Made by a program: the position numbers and the translations under genes
NCBI GenBank assembly: GCA_023920165.1
Contig: CP089280.1
Coordinates: forward strand, 2,356,001-2,420,000
Length of the DNA: 64,000 bases
Reading direction: 5' to 3'
Source of the DNA: Curvularia clavata
Taxonomy: Eukaryota
Part shown: positions 63,682-64,000 of the stretch, in pieces
Layout of the letters: the number at the start of each line of letters is the position of its first letter
Position numbering within the stretch: the first letter of the stretch is position 1
Notes under the pieces: model-generated
Seen by the model: only the letters and a program-made list of their open reading frames with translations
What the model was told of the DNA's origin: nothing
The model's database searches: none

Positions 63682-64000
63682 ACATCCAACCCAACCCTCG
63701 CTGTCCGCCTCTTCCATCCTTTCCGAAACTACTGCACCAACCAAACTCTGATGCTCGACGCCCCCATCCTGCCCCGTCGCGCCTGTCGCACGCCCGCCTG
63801 CACTGCTCACCGCGCTGGCCCACGGCCTGTCGTCGCCGGCCTTTGCCCCGTCGCCGGCCTGCTGCTGCTGCTGCTATGCCATCCCACGACACCATGTCGA
63901 CTGCCTCGAGCGCGGCTAAAACCATGACGCTGCGTGCCGAGCAAAAAGAGGGCGTCAAGACTTGACCAGGGCTAGCAGACCGCCCGGAGCCACCGCCCCC

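Noticed and set aside
57750..63958. Numerous 60-200 aa ORFs in the right-hand region
   Set aside because: Overlapping on both strands, with no motifs or consistent splice models; consistent with random ORFs in GC-rich DNA.

Overview
Fungal genomic DNA with short spliceosomal introns, from a filamentous ascomycete (probably Dothideomycetes/Pleosporales; inferred, not proven). Most of the window is conserved housekeeping genes: cwc23-like DnaJ, PUS4, an EamA/SLC35F transporter, YPT7, a SAM methyltransferase, SAM35, transketolase, a CFEM-like membrane protein, group I G-alpha, PSD2, DSN1/Mis13, an OB-fold protein, INO1, a LIM protein, SEC61 and a GNAT acetyltransferase. The standout is a 7,800-bp pogo/Fot1-type DNA transposon (8527-16326) with 79-bp terminal inverted repeats and a TA target-site duplication. 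It carries a DD35D transposase broken by one RIP-type TGG>TAG stop and, head-to-head with it, an intact 3-exon NLR-type gene (HeLo-like N-terminus, NACHT, hypervariable WD40 array; ~1391 aa). Just to the right is an accessory-looking block: an MDR oxidoreductase, a DUF6594-like membrane protein, and a divergent ~100-aa spliced gene missed by the ORF track. All splice models were read by eye; no database searches were run.
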